From NCBI RefSeq assembly GCF_009914755.1, contig NC_060947.1: a stretch of 64,000 nucleotides of DNA. The stretch is one strand, 5' to 3'. This DNA comes from the human T2T-CHM13v2.0 reference genome, Homo sapiens. The notes beneath the pieces are model-generated. The model searched no databases, had not been told where the DNA came from, and saw only the letters and a list, made by a program, of their open reading frames with translations. The translations under genes and the position numbers were made by a program. The first letter of the stretch is position 1. Each line of letters opens with the position of its first letter. Shown piece after piece: positions 40,976 through 55,024 of this stretch.

Positions 40976-42507
40976 TGTCAAAGGCAGGGCAGTGTCAGCA
41001 GCAGAAATGGTTGACATTGGTGACTAGAGGAGGTGGAGGGGAGAAAGTGGTTATCATGTAGCAGAGTGACGGAGGACTGTGAAATAAGAGACAGGCTTGA
41101 CAACCTGGATTCTGAACAGGGAAAGGTCTGGGTCTGGACCTACATTCAGATGTTGGTGCATCCACTGAGCACTAAGTCCGAATTGTCTTTTCTTTGTTCC
41201 TGTCTGGTTTTCGCTTCCGTCTGTCTGTGTCTGCTGCTCTGTCTGTCAGTGGTGGGGTTTCCACGCAAAAGGAGGAGAAGCTAAAAGCTTCATTTCCTTC
41301 CTCCTTCCCCTCCCCCTAAACACTCAGTCCCTACATCCAACTTGATTGAAGCTTCAAACTCCTGCCCTCAATGTGTTCTCACTAGCCTAAGGGAGCACCC
41401 CTGAGACATTCACAGTGCTGTAGAATGGTCCGAGCTTAGAACTCAGACTTGATGGCAGTGGGACTGGTGATTTGGGCTGGTGCCTCGTACTACATATACT
41501 GACTGGCCTGTGGTAGACAGCAAAAAAAGAAGAGACCAGCTGATTTGAAAAACAATAATCACATCTACAAAAGTTTAGAAAATACAGAAAACTATAAGAA
41601 ATAAAATAAAAATAAGCCACCAATAATTACCACTCCTTGTCTTTCCTCTCTAAGAATGTGGTTGTGTGTATTTAACATTATTGCAGTCATACTATATGTT
41701 GCCCTGAAATTATTATTTTTTCAGAAGCATTGCAGGGTATTACTTTTATTAGTTAATGAAAATGCTTCATAAACATCCTATTAATTAATGTTTCATAATA
41801 ACAAAGCATAATAATCATAACCTTACCCTTTTGCTGCCTTTCATGAAGCAGGTATGAAACTTAACTCATGTGTGAAAGAATTATTAAACATCTTTATTTT
41901 TGTAAAAAAACCCAGTCCTCTGTAGATTCCAGGATGGCAAAACATCCTATCACATGGATTTGGAGGTGGTGCCAGGTCCCTGGGGTTACCCATTACCAAG
42001 GTATTGGGGAGTGTCTTTCTATACTTGTTATAGCTGTGAAACGGATCATCCATGTTTCCATGAGTTTCCATGAGCCTTTCAATGGGCCAGTTAAGCAGCT
42101 TGTGCGACATGCTTGGCATAGAGGGGACAGGAATTTGGTGAGACTGGGCATCCTGGATAGGACTCAGCCTCCAAGGTATATCACATGGCCATCAGCATTG
42201 AATTTCTACTCTGTTCTCTAGGTTGCTGGGGAGCAGGCCAGAGGTCCCATCTGCTGAAGGAATTCAAAGGCCCCTTTCTTTTCCCCTTCAGTAGTGGTGG
42301 TGAGGCATTTTCTTTTTAGTGTGAGGGAAATCTTTCACTCCTCGAACTCTGTTCTTCACAATGGACTTGGATTTCTGGGAAATGAACTCTGGGAAGTCCT
42401 GACGTAAACTTTCTCTGAGGCAAGGAAGTGCAGAGTTAGCTTGACTGAGAAAGGGAAAGTGGAAAATGTAAACAGACACAGAGATGAAATATAAATTAGT
42501 ACCCTGG

Positions 42508-42995
42508 TGTCTTAAGTGGGGTTCCCTAGAAGCAGAACCAAGAATGGGGATTCTTGTGAAAGTGGTTTATTGAGGGAGTATCCTTAGATGAAACCTATAT
42601 GGAAGTAAAGGGAGCAGCATAGGACAGGGGAAGAAACTAAGCATAGATATAATCCAGCTGAAATCTAGCCTCAGCCTGAGCCCAGGGGGACTGTGGAACG
42701 TGAAGGGCACCAGGGAAAGAACACACCTTGAGACAAGGGAGCCAGGCTTTTATACCCACTGATTGCAAGACAGGATGCGTGAGTGGGTGGCGGGCGGTGG
42801 GGCGGGGGCGGGGGGGAACAGGGCGCGGTGTGGGGTGAGAAGAGAGAGGTTTTAATTCCTCAGGTTTTCTAGACATAGTGGATCTGACAAGGGCAAGAGT
42901 ACAAATCTTCAGCAGCCAACACTCACAGCAGCTAGGGGATGGATGCACTGGCCCAATAAGTGGAATCTGGACAGGGCATCAATAGCGTCCACTAT
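42508..42995. mobile_element. MLT1K-like MaLR LTR with an internal G-rich tract
   Basis: TGTCTTAAGTGGGGTTCCCTAGAAGCAGAACC...GGATTCTTGTGAAAGTGGTTTATTGAGGGAG. Confidence 0.65.
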
Positions 42996-45494
42996 AACTA
43001 GCCAATCTGCATTCTAGCAGTGAAAATGTACTTCCTATCTATGTGTCCCACCCCCACCAGGAGGCCTTAATTTCAGTGTTACTAGCTGTAGAATCTCTTC
43101 ATGTGTTCAGTCTACTAGGAAATGACCAACTTCTCCATTAACAAAAGAAAAAGAAGAGAATGCTTGTGCTTCTCTAATCTTCTAGTGGTTGTCTCAGAAA
43201 TACCACCCTCAGAGGCTAGTTTTGTCTCTTTAACCTAGAATCAAATCTTCTCCTTCAATGTATACATTTCAGAAAAGGACTACATAACATGTAATTTAGC
43301 ACTTAGTGAAAACGTGTTCTGCTTGTAATGACATTAAAGGCCAGTACAAAGTTTGAGGGAAATTTAGACGTAGGATGATTGGCTCTGGATAATTTAAAAC
43401 AGATTTTGGCAAGTGTTAAAATGACCACCATACAACTTGTCTCTGAATTTCTTTAAATTAGTGAAGAAGTTGCTAAAGGAAAGGCAGACATCATTCACTT
43501 AATTCAATCCAAGGTGAGCCAAGCAAAGATGGAAGGGTATCATGGCAAAGGGAGCTTGCCACACTGACAAATGGACTGCCCATTAATCTAACATCCATAT
43601 AGTAGCCTTGGGCTCTTGGGGATAGAAGGTGCCTTGGAGGAATATAAACTTTGAGCTTCCATATTGCTAATATGGAAGAAAAATTAGCCTTATTTATTTT
43701 TGTGGTTCCCTCACTCATTGAGTGTTGTCAAAATTTGGGAGCCAAGATATCAGAAAAGCAAGCCCTTCCACAAACGTTATTGCTGAGACACATATTGTCC
43801 CAGATTGCAAACTCATTTAGGGCTTAATGGCTCTGGTGCTTCTGTGCTGTGCTAGAGGAACAGCAATCTTTGTCAAAGCTGGAGTTGCTAGGCTTAGGAT
43901 CCAGTTTCCCTGGTGCATTTCATGGCTGTCCTGTCTGGGGCTTGCAACATCTTTGAGACACTGTTGGAGTAGGGCACAGGTATCTCCTTATCTCCTTATT
44001 TAGGAGCCCTCCGTTGCTTCATCCTCACTAACCCTGTCCCAGAGCAGAGGAGGGTTTTTTGTTGTTGTTGCTGCTGTTGTTGTTTGTTTTTTAACAGGGG
44101 AAAAATTCCTGTCTTTTAAAACACAAGTTATCTCGCTCAACTTCACAGATAAGGCCGGAAGAGAATAAGTAAATTAACCAAGACTCTATAGACATTGGTG
44201 GGTCATTAAATACGTTTTTTCTCATTTTAAAAGTATGTATCCAGTTAAAATAATTAAATACTGAGAAACAGTACTATTATTCAATTTACTCCCCTCTCCT
44301 GTCCCCAACCAGTTTCATTTGTAATTAAAAGTTATACCTTCTAACACTGTAATATAACTAAATATTATAGAACATTATAGGATAAGATGTGAGAGTCTAC
44401 AGAAAATGTCTCCATAACAAAGGTTCCCAGTTCTCAGCTAATTGCCGACTTTATTCAATATAAGCATTTCTTTCACAACTATGTTTTCATAATTCAAACT
44501 GGATACAATGTAATTGATCAATAAGACCTAATTTGCATTGTGCAGAGTAGTTGGTAATAATGTCATCAAAACCAGAAGCCATTATCAGTCGCGTTTAAAG
44601 CAAAAAACCTTGAGACACACCACAAGATGCCTTTCAGTTTTGTTTATCGTAACAGTAGGTGATAAATGTGATAAAAATTGATAAGAATGTGTAAGAAGTT
44701 TTATGTTAGTTATAGAGCTCAGGGTGATAAGGAAAATAAAAGACATCACTCGAGCAAATATTTCTGAATTTGCTCACTGAAGTCTGTTTTATAGTTACAC
44801 ACTTACAGGTCTAATAAAACCTTTATTATTGAAATTTCTGTAGAAAACATAACTTTGTTATTGCAAGTTGCAACTTCTCTGGACCTTAATTTCACTTTCT
44901 CAACTGAAACAAATGTTTTTAGATGGGAATTTTGAAAAATGTCGGTTTCTTTGAAATGCAAATACTGCCTTAGAGGAGAGCAGGGTGTACTTGTGAATCA
45001 TGTGAACCATTAAGTAACCATGACAATCCTGACTACTAAGTGGAGAAGTGCCTTTCTGTTATCTAGATCTACGGCCCCCAAGGAATTTGAGACTCCATAA
45101 ACATGTTTTTCACCTATTTTAGTTTTACTTTAAAGGGTGAGTCTAGAATTGGTTCACTGGCTGACCATACAATAAAAATCAAATCAAGAAGAATTTGGGG
45201 ACTCCAAACCAATCTCCTGTAATATGTGCACTTCCCATATTATATGTTGCAGTAGATCAGATGGTATCTTGGGAAAAGGAACTCAAGCACCTGAATCAAC
45301 ACCCAGAAATGCCTCATCAATCTCACACTAACCCTGTGGCTTCCCACTCCTCTAGAAAATACAACATTTATTATAAATCAGGGAGACAGTATGCTTCCTT
45401 AGGCACTCTTCTTTCCTCCTAATGCCTGGCATAAAACTCTAGGGTTGCAGCCTCCAGATTCTTTTGGAGCATGAATAATAATAATAATAACTAA

Positions 45495-45672
45495 TGTGAT
45501 GAAGCTTTCCATGAGCTATTTCAATCTTCACAAAATGTCACTGGAAATGGTATGAGTTTAGAGATGAGGAAATGGAGATGCAGAGAGGTTAAACAACTTT
45601 GCCAGTGTGCATACAGCTAGAAATTAGTGAAGGTAGTCTGAACTGTGCTCTTCACCACTGGATTATGCTGCC
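45495..45672 (-). mobile_element. MIR, preceded by (AAT)n
   Basis: TTTTAGAGATGAGGAAATGGAGATGCAGAGAGGTTAAACAACTTTGCC. Confidence 0.7.
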
Positions 45673-46254
45673 TGTTAAGGCCAAGAGCCCTCAAAAGCCT
45701 AAAGAATAGAAAGGTAGTAAAGAATGGCAACCCCTAGGCTGCTCTACCCCCAGAAACAAAGACACACTGTTAGCAGGACCCCACCATGGTAAGGAAATAA
45801 ATGATATTGCCTCTGGGGGATTACAAAAGTCCTTTTCCACACCATGTGAGAAAATTTAGGCATCAGCTGTCTGCCTCATGGTTTTCCCTGTTTCTCATTT
45901 CTCTTCTCCATTTTCATGGTTGGGTGTCCTCTAGCCAGCTGATCCTCCCTCTGGTTTCTGAAAGCTGATGACACTCACATCTTCATCTCCCAGTGCAGGC
46001 CTCACACCTGAGTTCCAGATCCATATGATCAACTGGTCACTGAAGAGCTCCTTTTGGGTAACTCACTGCCTCCCACACCTCAAATTTCTCAACCTGAACT
46101 CCTCCACTTTCTCTTCAAATACCTGTTTCTCCTTCCCTTCCTCCTCTTCTTCCTGCTTCTCCTCAAAGGGTTCTCACTCTCCATGACGGACACCATCAAC
46201 GCACCTCACTGGCCAAGCTAGTCTCTCTTCTCTGCCTCACCCCCACATCCCATC

Positions 46255-46619
46255 TGCTATTGTCTGAAGGTTGGTGCCTCCCCAAAATTCACATGTTGGA
46301 ACCTAATAACCAGTGTGATAGTATTAAGAGATGAGGCCTTTGAGAAGTAGTTAAGTCAGAGGAAGGCTCTACCCTCATGAATGGGATGAGTCCCCTTAGA
46401 AGAGAGGCTGGAGCAAGCTCTCTTAGCCCATTCTGTCATGCGAGGACACAGTAACAAGGCACCATCTATGAAGCAGGGGAACCCTCATCAGATACCACAT
46501 TTGCTGACACCTTGGTCTTGGACTTCCCAGCCTCTAGAATTGTGAGTGATGTATTTCTGTTGTTTATAAATTACCCAGTGTAAGGTATTTTGTTGTAGCA
46601 GCCCCAGTGGACTAAGACA
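46255..46619 (+). mobile_element. MST-family MaLR solo LTR inserted in an L2 fragment (~45960-47010)
   Basis: TG...CA termini, CCCCAAAATTCACATGTTG, GGACTTCCCAGCCTCTAGAA, GACTAAGACA. 5-bp TSD-like CCATC/CCACC. Confidence 0.85.
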
Positions 46620-47201
46620 CCACCCATGTACCTCTGAGATGTCTCTCATCAGTCCACTCCTACCAGATGCCACTCCTGCCTACCTTGCCCAGGCCATCTC
46701 TCTTCTGGATATCTGCAGCAGCCTCCTCTGCTGTGGGGTGGGGGTGGGGACAACTCCAATACACTGTAGCCAAAGACACCTTCCTAAAATCTGAGTGCTT
46801 CCATGTCTGACTGAGAACATCTCAATGTCTGGCTTCCCAATGTACTGGGGACAAGGTCCAATCAACCTTAACGTGGCAGACAAGACCTTCCACTGCCTTG
46901 CCCCTGCTTACTTCTCTATCTTCACTACTTTGGCCATACTGAACTTTTCTAAGATCTCTGAATGCATACTGCTCTCTCTCACCTCCTAGCTTTTACACAT
47001 GTTGTACTTTTGCCTCAAGGGAAAGTAAGGTCATGTCCCCACTCAACCTTGACTGGTGTGTTGGGTGTCTGTGTATTTTGCTATCATACCTGAACAGGCA
47101 GTCCTTTGATTGTGTCCTCCAATCCAATCATCACATCCATTGTGGCTGGCTTTTACTGGTTTAGCTTTCGGAGGAAAATCTTATTTCTAAATTCTTGAAT
47201 T

Positions 47202-47228
47202 GTGTGTGTGTGTGTGTGTGTGTGTGTG
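47202..47228. repeat. (TG)n microsatellite
   Basis: About 13-14 uninterrupted TG units. Confidence 0.95.
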
Positions 47229-48156
47229 CATCTCACTGAAACTCCTATCTACCAAAGTTATACATCTACTTTCAGTTCTTAAAAAATTGACTACAGGTGC
47301 ATGATTTGTCCCATGAAACTAGGTGACAAAATGATTTTGTAATTTATTACCAGAAGTAGATTTTAGTTCTTTTTCTTCGTGCAAGCATTCCTTTAATTAT
47401 CCAGTATGCTTTCTCATTGCTGGTCATTATTGATACTCAGGGGTATATTATGATCTAATAACTCATGCCTGCGTTGTATCAACATTGTCAGCCTGGGTGC
47501 CACTTTCTCCAGCTGATGTGACTTTTAAAGAACTCATACTAAACTGTTTTTCTTTTCCTGCAAATTTATCTTTAGAAAATTTGACCATTGCATCTTTGAG
47601 TAGCTTTTTATTTTTATGTCTGAACCCTCTTCTTTTTTGCTTTCCAATAGGTACTGGAGCAGAAGAGTCTCCTGCCTTAAATATCTTGCTAAATACATGG
47701 CATTGTTTATGAATCTGATTTTCTTTGTGTTGGAAATGCTATTAGGCACAAATTCATCTTTATGTTTCTTTAGTTTTTAACCTTTGAAAAGCAAGTTTGG
47801 TGCCATCTTAGGCTGGCTACCAGTTAAATTCCACCTCTTAAATATTTATTTTCAGGTCAAGTCCCAGTTAATTCATTCTTTTTCTGCAATTATATCCTCA
47901 TCTGTTTTAGATGGTGCTAAACAGAATGTTTTGTCTTCACAAGCTAGTAAAACAATGTTCTCATGAATATATATATTGGCTGTTATTTCTGATTAAGGTG
48001 TATTATTTCTTTAGTGATTGCTTAATTCACATCTAATATTTGTTTTCCCCATTTTCCAGATTTGACATTAAATTCTATGTTGTCTCTCCACATGAACTAA
48101 TGCCTGTCTCTTGCTCCCAAGCAAGGATAACTCTATGTACTTCTCTTATTTAGAAG

Positions 48157-48383
48157 CAGTGGTCTTCCAAGTGAGGTGCATAGTCCCTAATAGATGTATG
48201 TTTTTGTTTTTTATCTCACTCTTTCAGATGATTAAGTTTTATGTTTTATAATGTACATAACACATTAGTACAGTTATATTTTTATTATTTATGAAGAGAT
48301 AAATACTGTATACATACATTGATGTGAGTGCTAATTTTTTTTGCCAGTAGGGGCCCATAATAAAAAACTTTTGGAAACCACTG
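48157..48383. mobile_element. Non-autonomous hAT-type DNA element
   Basis: Terminal inverted repeats CAGTGGTCTTCCAA ... TTGGAAACCACTG. Confidence 0.6.
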
Positions 48384-49449
48384 AATTAGAATATTAGCCA
48401 GCAGACTTGCATATGCTAAGACACAACAATTTGCAGTATTGTCAGACACTACAGGCTAGAAGGAATTGAAGACTCTCTGAGTAAAGTGTGCAATGTATTC
48501 ACTGAATGTTCCCATCCACCTTTTGTAAATTCTAGAGTTTTCATAGCCCAAAGCACACCATATCAAATCTTGCATGATAAACTGCACATATAATTAATTC
48601 AGCAGTACATGATTAGTACACAACCCTACATTATTAATTAAATTCATAGTAAAACTGTTTCATTAACATTGACTTTTGGGCCTAATACTAAAACTTGCAA
48701 TTAGAAATTTTCATTGCCCATGACAAATAATTATTCTAATTTACAAGATAATAAAACCCTCAGCATATCGAAAAGTTCTTAATAATAAGTTAATTTTGAA
48801 AATAAAACTAACAGAGGCTAGATGTACTCAAGCTAATGACTGTTAGACTTACTCAAATAGAAGGCTTTATCTATCCTATCAGCTTCCAGCTGATAGGTTT
48901 GCTCTCAGGTTGATGGGTTTACAGTTATTTGCCCTCCAAACAAATCTAGCAAGTAGTAGTACCACCAGTAGTTATTAAAATTCCAAGGCCACATTTTACT
49001 AAATTTGAGTTCTAATTTCTCTGAATTCTAACTTGAATGGTATATTTCCAATTACATTAACATTTCAAAACTACTAGATTTAACCATATGTAACCACTAG
49101 TTATATAGGTAGAAATGATAATACCACACTTGTGAAAAGATGTCTTTATTCATTCAAAATATGCCTCAGCAGCATTCATAGTTTTTCCCATTGGGAGAGT
49201 GCAAATAGTTCAAATTCTCCAATTACTGCCTCTTGAGTGACAAATATTTTGTTTCTTAGAAAGAGGGCCAAATGATGAAAAAGGTGGTAGTCCTTTGGAG
49301 AATATTCCAGTAGATGTGAAAAAATGTCATAGCCTAATTCAGTTTATTCTCTAAGGTGGTTTGTGATGTGTGTAGTCAAAAGCTGTCATACAAAATGATG
49401 GATCATTGTTTATTAGTCAACATGGGTTACTTTTGAATCATTTAAAAAA

Positions 49450-50585
49450 GTAATCAGTTTTATTAAGTTATAATTTACCTGTACAATGAAGTTAGCTATC
49501 TTTAAATGTTCAATTTGACAGATTTTGAAAATTGTATCCAGTAATGTAAAAACTACCACAATCAAGATATAAAATACTCCCATTACCCCAAAAGGAACCC
49601 ATTAGCAGTCACTCCGCATTTCTCTCCCACCTCCACCCTCCAACTCTAGACGACCACCAATCTAATTTCTTTCTGTATTGGTTGGCTTATTCTGCATATT
49701 TAATATAAATGAATCATACAATACAATGCCTTTTGTGCCTGACTTCTTTCACTTAGCATAATGTTTTCAAAGTTCATCTGTGTTTACCCTGAACTAGTAC
49801 TTTCTTTTTATTGCCAAATAATATTCAATTGTATGAATATGCCATATTTTTATTTATCCATTCAACTGATGAACATTTGAGTTGTTTCTACTTTTTCCCT
49901 ATTGTAAATAATGCTGCTATAAATATTTGTGGACAGGTTTTTCTGTTGTGGACATATGTTTTTATTTATCTTGGGTATATATTTAGGAGTAGAACTGCTA
50001 AGTCATATAGTAACTCTATGTTTAACATTTTAAGGGACTGCAAAATTGTATTCCACAGTGGTTGCAGCATTGTATATTCCCACCAGCAATGTATAAGGGT
50101 TCAAGTTGCTCCCTTTCCTTTCCAATATTTAGTATTGTTAGTCTTGTAATTATAGTCATTTAATTTTAAATTTTGAGAAAGTAAAATTTATCAATTTTAA
50201 ATGAATTGCATAATTTTGGTGTCATGTCTAAGAATGTTTTATATAACCCAAAGTCAATACTTTTTTCTATGTTTTCTTTTCTTCTATGGATTTTAGAATC
50301 TGTATTTTACATTTAGATCTGTGATCCATTTTGAGTTGATTTTTTAATTATGGTGTAAAATGAAGGTCAAGGTGCTGCTTTTACGCATATGGATTTTCAA
50401 TTGTTCTAGCATCGTTTTTTGAAAAGACATCTTGTCCCTCATGGAATTATTTTAACAATTTTTTGCAAAATCAATTGACCATGTAAATTTGTTTCTGTTT
50501 CTGGATTCTCTAATATGTTCCATGCTTATACCAATCCCACATTATTTTGATTACTGTATCTGATTAGTTAAATTTTAAAATCAGA
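49450..50585 (-). mobile_element. L1MB/L1MC-type fragment
   Basis: TTCTTTCACTTAGCATAATGTTTTCAAAGTTCATC; TTCCCACCAGCAATGTATAAGGGTTC. Confidence 0.8.
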
Positions 50586-52454
50586 TTCAGCTGTGCTTAA
50601 TGAAGATAACTTACTTGCTTTCCTTTATTACTAGACAGTTGCCAAATCCATTCTTATTTTTATCCTTAGGCAGCAATATTTTAAATCCAGGGACAAGTCA
50701 ACCAGGCATGATAGCATGTGGGCTAGGCCAAATTATTTGTTCACAAAAGGAGAATGAATTCTAGCTTCTATTAGACATAGTCGTTGGCAGATTATCACTG
50801 TGTCTTTGTCTCATCAACCCCCTGTGGTCTGGCAAATCACTTATCATACAGAAGCTACTAAGTACGTTGTTAAATGAATAAATAAATCAGTGAAAGAATT
50901 ACAGCAATTTTTTCTCAGTTTTTTACCTCCTACCCCCATGGCACTACTGGGGCTGGAGGCAAACTATTTTTCCTTATTTGCTATTTCTTGACATTTTCAG
51001 ATAATATCTCTTCTCATATTTTACACATCCTAGTTCTTTTTGAATCCTAAGCCATTTGAGCAAACCACCCACTACCCCTTTTCATTGTACTTATCTATAA
51101 TTCTCCTGGTTTTTACTTCTCATTCACTGATGACTTTAGCAACTGGCCCACTGTCTGCTTTTCTCTACAATATTAATTTTGTTTTCATTCTTAGTGACTT
51201 CAACTTCTTGTAAACAGTCCATCAAACACGACTCATCTCCATGGGTCTTATCCTCCACTCCACATCACCTAACTACTCCCGTTTGTCATACTGTAGACCT
51301 TATCACAACCAATAATGGCACTGTCTTTGAAATACTGATTTCAAGAATCCCTTCTCCAATCATCAGTTCTATCTTTCCATGTTACTTGCTCTCCTATCCT
51401 TACCCCAACTTCAATCCATTGACCCCAGTACTGTGTTTCACTGTTCATCACCTTCCTCCCACTCATACTTCCCTCCATAGCCAGTTTATATCTATGGTCT
51501 GATTCCATAATCACTCTTTTGCATATTCCATTGTCTCTCTTTACCTCCATCTTTACATATCTGGGAAAATCTGGACCTTGGTTAAACTTAACTCTCTTCT
51601 TACTCTTTTTCTGTTTCTGACCAGCTAAAATCACACAATTCTGCCAACTGTTCCCTCTTTTTTTGGCAAGTGGTCAATGAACACTGCGTGGCAATCCTAC
51701 TGCAGTTCCCTAGTGAATTCACTTTTCTAATCTCTAAGACACTATATACTGTCTTCTTGCTCTTCAAAGCCTCCAACACCAAGTGCAAAGTTCTTAACAT
51801 ACATTTGCACATATTTCCAAATCAAATTTTATTGTAATTCCTGGGGAGGTGCTATATAACTGACAGGAAAAAATTTACTGCTTAGACAGGTTCCTGTTGT
51901 TTTTTTCTGCCATTTCATTGCTGCACTTGGGGTTTCTCTGGTAGTCTATAAATTTGAGTTCATGCCAAAGAAAGATAAATGGTGGAGTTTAGTTTCTAAT
52001 TATTCAGACTACTCTTGGCCAAAAACAATGAAAAATGCTGGATAAAATATTTTTAAACTATTTAAGAATGTATTAAAGAGTTGATAAGATTTTAAGAAAT
52101 TGCCAGGCCAAAATCTAAGTGAAAGCAAAAACCCAGTAGGTAAGGAAAGCACAAAAACTCTTTTTCTGTGAGGGTATTTGCCAAACTAGTGAACTGGAAC
52201 TCAAATTTTTATGGGCTAGTGAAGGTTGAGGGAGAGAAGACAAAGACCAGAATCTGCTTACAATGAACAGTCTAATAGTCTAAAAGGAGACATCTTCCAA
52301 TAAAGTGGTGATACTAAAAGTATTAGGGTGATCTTCCCCATTCCAGCTTGGTTGCCTTGGCACTGAACAGATGGGGAGGCGCTTAGGATGTTGCAGACTT
52401 TAGGATGTTGCTCTCATGAAATTTGCAACCCAAATGTCTAACAACCAGTAGTTG

Positions 52455-52765
52455 AAAAACTTCATATTACTATCAGCAAAGTAGACTTTAAAACAAAAAT
52501 TACTGGAGATACAGAGGAACATTCGTAAGAATAACAGATTCAACTCATCAGGTTTAAATGACAATTTCAAATTTTTTTGCACTTAATAACGTAACCTCAA
52601 AAAGTATAAGCAAAACTTGACAGACGCATAATGAAAAATACACAAATCCACAATAATAGTGAGAGGTTTTAATATGCTTCTCAGTAATTGATAGTACAGG
52701 CAGACCCTCTCCCTGCTTACAAAAAAAGATCGGTAAGGCTATAAAAGCTTGAACACCACCTTATT
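52455..52765 (+). mobile_element. Old L1 ORF2 endonuclease-domain relic
   Basis: TATCAGCAAAGTAGACTTTAAAACAAAA...GATACAGAGGAACATT resembles the coding sequence of L1 SDKVDFK..KDKEGH. Confidence 0.55.
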
Positions 52766-52954
52766 TTGTGCGATTATTATTTTTTTAAATCACTGCCTAT
52801 TCTTCATGAATAGGAAGTTAATAATAGGTATATCAATATTGATAGATGTCAACCAAACCACATTCATCCAGTGACACACTTGCAGGTATTCATTGTGCAC
52901 TTTAGTTTTTTTAAATTGTTAATTATTTTTAAGGATAAATTATTAGATTCATCC

Positions 52955-53349
52955 ACAAATTCATTAAACAAAATTTTTTTGAGTGCCTGCCATGTCCTAG
53001 GCATCATTGTAGGTGCTGAAGATGCATAGGGAGCAAAACACAAAAATCTGTGCCCTCATGGAGCTTTACATTGCAGTGGGGGAAGACAGACATTAAACAG
53101 TAAATATAATGAATAAGAACATTATAGAATATATTAGAAGGTGATAAGAACTGTGAAATAAAAATGGAATATCTTAGAGGGATTGGAAGGTTAGGAAGGG
53201 ATTGCAAATTTAAAAGGAAAGAGTAGATAGACTTCATTGAGAAGTAGACATTTACTCAAAGATTTGAAAAAGGAGAGTGATTGAGCTATGTAGATATGTA
53301 GGTAAAGAAAGATTCCAGGTAGAAGCAACAGACAGGGCAAAGGCCCTCA
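52955..53349 (-). mobile_element. L2 3' fragment
   Basis: TTTTTGAGTGCCTGCCATGTCCTAGGCA...TGCCCTCATGGAGCTTTACATT. Confidence 0.75.
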
Positions 53350-53354
53350 GGTAG

Positions 53355-53831
53355 TGGAGGGGAAGTGGTCATTGCTACGCCCAGATCTCCTTTCATGCCT
53401 ACTGGTTCGGTGCAGCTGTCCCCAGACTTTGCATTTTTGCTTCTAATGGCTGATGCCTATAACTCTTCTGCCCTTTGGCTACTGGAGCTGTTTCACTCGC
53501 CTGTGTAGAAAGCCAGAAATCCTGGGAGTTTATGTCCCCCAAGGTGGCCCCATAGGGAGTGACTGACTGGTTTGGACATTTTAAGAGAGCCTAGCTCCCT
53601 TGCTTCAAGGTAAGCAAAAACTCTGAGGCATAATTTACGCTTCAAAGTGCCCTTGGAAATCAGGCTGAGGCTTCCACTTTGTCTGAAATCTTACCCTTGC
53701 TTGGCTTCTTACTTTTCCGTGTCCTGCTTTACCCACCCTCTTTCTGATTTCCCTTGGTAGCACTTCCTTAAAAAATTACTTGCACATGAATTTTTCTGTC
53801 AGGTTTTCTTCTAGGAAACATGATCTGAGAC
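53355..53831 (+). mobile_element. ERVL LTR16-like solo LTR
   Basis: 3' end ACTTGCACATGAAT...TTCTAGGAAACATGATCTGAGACA. 5-bp TSD GGTAG at 53350-53354 and 53832-53836. Confidence 0.65.
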
Positions 53832-55024
53832 AGGTAGTAAGTTGTGGGGTTGTATGTGAAACTTGGGGTTGTTTCAGTTTTAGGTACATGATCTTAGCTA
53901 GTTTGTCTGGTTTTCTGCTCTGAGCCATTTAGGGAACAAGACTCATATGAATACACATGTAGAGAATAAATATAAATATAAAATGTAAAGAAAAGTATAA
54001 GTATGATTTTGGTAAACATGATTTTCTGTATAATTAGAATATAAAACTATAGAAGTGCTTAATTATCTATTCATTACAGAAAAGCTAGGAGATATAAATA
54101 AGCAAAATGAAAAAAATGCAAACACCTCATTACCCAGAGATAGCCATTATTATTATTTTGGTGTTTAACTTTTCAGAATCATTTCAGTTTATATATATAT
54201 TGTAGCTGATATGAATACTACTTCACAAACTTGGGTGTGTAAGAAACGTAACATTATTATTTTTAAAATATCAAAATTAAATCTGACTTCAAGCTTCCAT
54301 CCCACTTGACTGGTGGAAAATTCAATCTTAGTTGGTTATTTTGTGTCACTGTTTTGAAGAGTGCCCAGAAAATGGGGTCCTGTGGTCACTGCTGCTATGT
54401 TCATTGTCCAAGCCTAGAAAGCAGGGAGTTGTACTGCTTTTGTGTGAAGATTGGTCCCAGGATTCTGCTGAGACTGGAAGTTTTGAGGTTTGGGGTCCAA
54501 CCCTTTTAACTGTATCACAGAGTTTTTCTCTTCTGAGCTCCTGCTATCTCCCTTGGGCACTAGTTGGGAGTAGAATTTTCACTTAACAAAGGATCTGCAG
54601 AATTCTATCCTTTTCCCTAATCTTGGGAAACTCTCCCTGTCTGGCTACTTTCCCTCTTTCTCTCGATCATCTCTTTCCCTTTCCCTGAAGCACAATTCTC
54701 CCTAGGAACTCAAGCTTTTATAAAACAAAAGCCAGGAAGGGAGGTTGTTGGCAGACAACATCTATTTTCAGCCCTATAGCATCAACTTCCCCAGGGGTAA
54801 AGAAGTACAATGAGCATGATTATTTTGTTGAAACTGGGGGTGGAGAGTGGAAAGAGAAGAAAAATACAGTGAACACAACACAAAATAATAAATTGATCCC
54901 TCAATACATTTACCTGCCACACATATTTTCATGACATTGAAATTATGTTGAAAATACTGTATTTTTGCTTGATTTTTTAAAAACAATATACTGTGTCAAT
55001 AATATACTTGAAAAAATATTCTTT

